NCBI GenBank assembly: GCA_963718895.1
Contig: CAVRAG010000003.1
Coordinates: 1 to 64,000 of the forward strand
Direction: 5' to 3'
Origin: an uncultured Nitrososphaerota archaeon
Lineage (GTDB): Archaea; Thermoproteota; Nitrososphaeria; Nitrososphaerales; Gagatemarchaeaceae
Length of the DNA stretch: 64,000 nt
Below are positions 61,483 to 64,000 of the stretch, one piece after another; the first letter of the stretch is position 1; every line of letters starts with the position of its first letter. The notes under the pieces are model-generated. The model was not told where the DNA came from, made no database searches, and saw nothing but the letters and a program-made list of their open reading frames with translations. The position numbers were made by a program, and so were the translations under genes.

Positions 61483-61505
61483 GTGGGGCCGGTGAGATTT
61501 GAACT
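61483..61505 (-). mobile_element. att-like site: isolated tRNA 3' end (T-loop plus acceptor strand), left boundary of a lower-GC island
   Basis: Minus strand AGTTCAAAT-CTCAC-CGGCCCC-AC; no tRNA 5' half adjacent. Confidence 0.65.
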
Positions 61506-61585
61506 AAGTTCAGTTCACATCCAGAGAGTTCGGGCTGCTTTCGGGCGAAAAATCTGCTCCAATTCAAATGCTGCCTTGAAAGAAA

Positions 61586-62150
61586 TATGACCTAATCTTT
61601 CTTCATCCGCCTTATTTGCCCATGATTCGCTACTCAGGAAATCCTTGAGACGTCCAACTCCGCGGCGATAGGGAAATCAACAAAAAGCCAATTGATGTAG
61701 TAAACAGGCTATCTGAGTATCTCGGCGAGTCCGGCCACTTGGTTATTCTCATCGGAACATGAGGAACAGTGGAAGCTACTTTCCCCTAGGCGCTTACCTG
61801 GAGGCTACGTACAGGGAAGAATTGAAAGAACAGCTGATTAAGCTACCGCACAATACCTTCAGCTCTCGCAAGGAGTATTCGTCACACAAATTTATCCCCA
61901 TAACCCACAAGAAGGTCTTGGTATTTTTGAGAAATTCAAACAGATAACGTGGGTTGAGCTCGTTACTAGGGCCCTCGAGGAACTGGGAGGGAAAGCGGAC
62001 TTTGAAGGATTTGTATCGGAAATTGCTGAATCGTCCGAAAGGCCTCACGAACCCAACGTGGCAGGCGACGATCAAGAGGACTTTGGGGGCGGGAGCGAAG
62101 CAGGTGGACCTTTGGGTTCGGACCAGCGAGGAAAGGCGAGTGAATCAATG
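61586..62150 (+). pseudogene. Amino (N4/N6) DNA methyltransferase remnant with C-terminal HTH-like tail
   Basis: YDLIFLHPPY..MIRYSGNP*D, G.LVILIG, FIPITH.KVLVF, TW.ELV..ALEELGGKA, LY..L..RPK...NPTWQATI.RTL across broken frames. Confidence 0.65.
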
Positions 62151-62245
62151 TCGGAAGCCAATTCAGCGGAAATTGGAGGACTCGAACTCGGATTCAAGCG
62201 AGAAGGATTAAAGAATGTTTGACTCAAGGGAGCAAGGAAATCTCC

Positions 62246-62754
62246 ATGCCAATCCCAAATGATGAGGGAAAGAAACTCTTCCTGAATGAGCATTTCGTGT
62301 ATGAGGTCCAGGGGATTGTCGCTGCTAGGCAGCTGCACTACTATGCTCTGACTTCCTACTCGCTGAACCAGATGGATGCCATGAAATATATGGCTACAAG
62401 AATATGGCACTCGACAACACCCTGATGCATGCGAGGAACCTTGTGGAGTTCCTATTCTTCTCGCTGGACAAGGATCAGAAGACCGCGCGAGCCAAGGATT
62501 ACCTCCGCGACTGGGGTCCCGAGATGGTTGGGGAGATAAAGAAGTTCAATGGCCGCGTGAACGACGAGATCACACATCTAGGGTGGGCCAGACTGGAACA
62601 GGAGTACGCGACGAAGGGCTGGGACATGAACAAATTGACGAACGAGCTGATTGTTATTGTTTTGGACTTCGTTAAGAAGGTGAAGACACAAGGCAAATAT
62701 TTCGGAGAGGGTATCTGGGCGATTGAGAACCAGCTCTACATGTTTCCCATTTGA
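62246..62754 (+). CDS. HEPN-like helical protein, frameshift near 62400
   Basis: EH..YEV...HARNL.EF...RVNDEITH (R-x6-H). Confidence 0.4.
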
Positions 62755-62760
62755 CTTGGC

Positions 62761-63060
62761 TTAGATTCCGAAAAGCCACACCCTCACGATGACTGTAGCG
62801 ATGAAAAAGAGGGAGAACGAGAACTCAAACCCAAAGACTTCCACTTCGATCAGATACTTCTTGAGGAAGTCGCCCGTCAACATTTCAACTAGTGCTGTTG
62901 CAAAGAATGAGAAAACAGAGCCGATGAAAGCACCTACCCACCACGTAACGAAGAGGTTAAAGGCCCAGGTTGGAAGGATAACTGCCAGAACTATGGCGGC
63001 GACTGCGAATCCACCGAGAAGAGTTCCCAGCTGCTTGTAGGCCTTTCTAGTCGCAGACAT
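62761..63060 (-). CDS. Small three-TM membrane protein
   Basis: 99 aa, hydrophobic. Confidence 0.6.
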   Translation of the reverse strand: MSATRKAYKQLGTLLGGFAVAAIVLAVILPTWAFNLFVTWWVGAFIGSVFSFFATALVEMLTGDFLKKYLIEVEVFGFEFSFSLFFIATVIVRVWLFGI

Positions 63061-63086
63061 ACTCCCCTAAATTTCCAACGTCTTCT

Positions 63087-63770
63087 TTACTCGGTGCCTT
63101 TTCGGACGATTCCAAGCTGAACCATTACTTCCCCTTCCGTTTCATCCGCATCTTCCTCCTCATCGACTATCACCACATAGGTGTTCCTGGCCTTCGGTGA
63201 AGTGTAACGAACATCTGTCTCCTTTATTTTACCTGAATCCTGATAGGGATTGACATTGTAATTCTGCTTGAGGGAGTTCAGCCCGCTCTGCCCCATTATT
63301 TGAACGGAAATCCAATCTTTCGATTTCACATGACCGACAATCTCATCTCCCGCGTTCAGATATATCCCAAATTCCTCGAATTCATCAAGTGCGATCGTCC
63401 TATTGATCCACCAAGCAGACTCCTTATTCTCTTTGGCTTGTTCTGAAACCTGAGGGGCAGGCTTGGTCCCAATGTAGACATCACCTTGACTATGAATTAT
63501 GGGTGAATTCGTTGGACTTGTCTGGTTTGTCATGGTATTCCCACGCCCACGCTGTTGAGCCATGACGTTGTCACTACCGCTTTGTTTTTTGAGGTTGATT
63601 CGCACGTCCCTGAATTTCAGGAGTGCTCCCGCAGCTACGCCTTCACAGACTATCAAAATGTAATAGTTGAAAGGATTGAGCCCGGTCAGCCCCGCTGCTC
63701 CGAAGACAATCGCGATGATTAGCCATCTGAAATCATTGTCCTTATCATGCTGGTTCTTTTCCTTAGCCAT
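63087..63770 (-). CDS. Membrane-anchored protein with C-terminal beta-sandwich-like domain
   Basis: Two N-terminal TM helices, polar linker, beta-strand-rich tail. Confidence 0.55.
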   Translation of the reverse strand: MAKEKNQHDKDNDFRWLIIAIVFGAAGLTGLNPFNYYILIVCEGVAAGALLKFRDVRINLKKQSGSDNVMAQQRGRGNTMTNQTSPTNSPIIHSQGDVYIGTKPAPQVSEQAKENKESAWWINRTIALDEFEEFGIYLNAGDEIVGHVKSKDWISVQIMGQSGLNSLKQNYNVNPYQDSGKIKETDVRYTSPKARNTYVVIVDEEEDADETEGEVMVQLGIVRKGTE

Positions 63771-64000
63771 TCTCGTTCATTTTGACCCATACCCACTTAC
63801 TTCTTCGAATCGCTCGCAAGAGCGCCCAGCAGGAACACCAAGATTCCGGCGCCGATAATTGCGCCAACCGCGTTGGCTTGTGCCGTTACGTTGTTCTGCA
63901 CGACTGAGATGCGGTTCATAATTGTCAAGAATATCGCGTCGGGGGACTGATCTCGCGAGAACTCAACCCATTCGCGGTCAGTATCAATCTGTACTGATTT

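Noticed and set aside
1-64000. CRISPR array, rRNA or intact integrase/transposase
   Set aside because: No regularly spaced repeats, rRNA signatures or complete recombinase ORF were seen.

Overview
A GC-rich archaeal chromosomal window. Two TFB paralogues, an archaeal uS10, the UbiX/AcnX/UbiD mevalonate cluster, a BHB-intron tRNA and cupredoxins suggest a Nitrososphaerota (Thaumarchaeota)-related lineage; this is inference. Most of it is housekeeping and metabolic genes: nucleotide-sugar dehydrogenases, CorA, a gluconate 2-dehydrogenase-like pair, fatty-acid/CoA enzymes, malic enzyme, a three-subunit transhydrogenase, crcB with a fluoride riboswitch, MMPL, MFS and ABC transporters. More than a dozen genes carry single-base frameshifts, probably read or assembly errors. 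Six features stand out. (1) A tRNA-Ser(UGA) gene at 21981-22131 (-) is broken by four BHB-type introns (8/9, 20a/20b, 37/38, 59/60), and its leader carries a copy of the acceptor 5' strand. (2) A ~2 kb IS-derived element (51-bp inverted repeats, 4-bp direct repeat, decayed DDE transposase) carries an intact DprA + PRTase (ShosTA-like) pair. (3) A 371-aa LAGLIDADG intein sits in a nucleotide-sugar epimerase. (4) A TusA-DsrE-cysteine synthase/rhodanese sulfur-relay operon lies divergent from a degenerate ComA-HTH fusion. (5) A cytochrome-less GMC dehydrogenase lies divergent from a tethered cupredoxin. (6) A tRNA 3'-end att-like site at ~61.5 kb opens a lower-GC island. All calls come from reading motifs by eye; no database searches were run.
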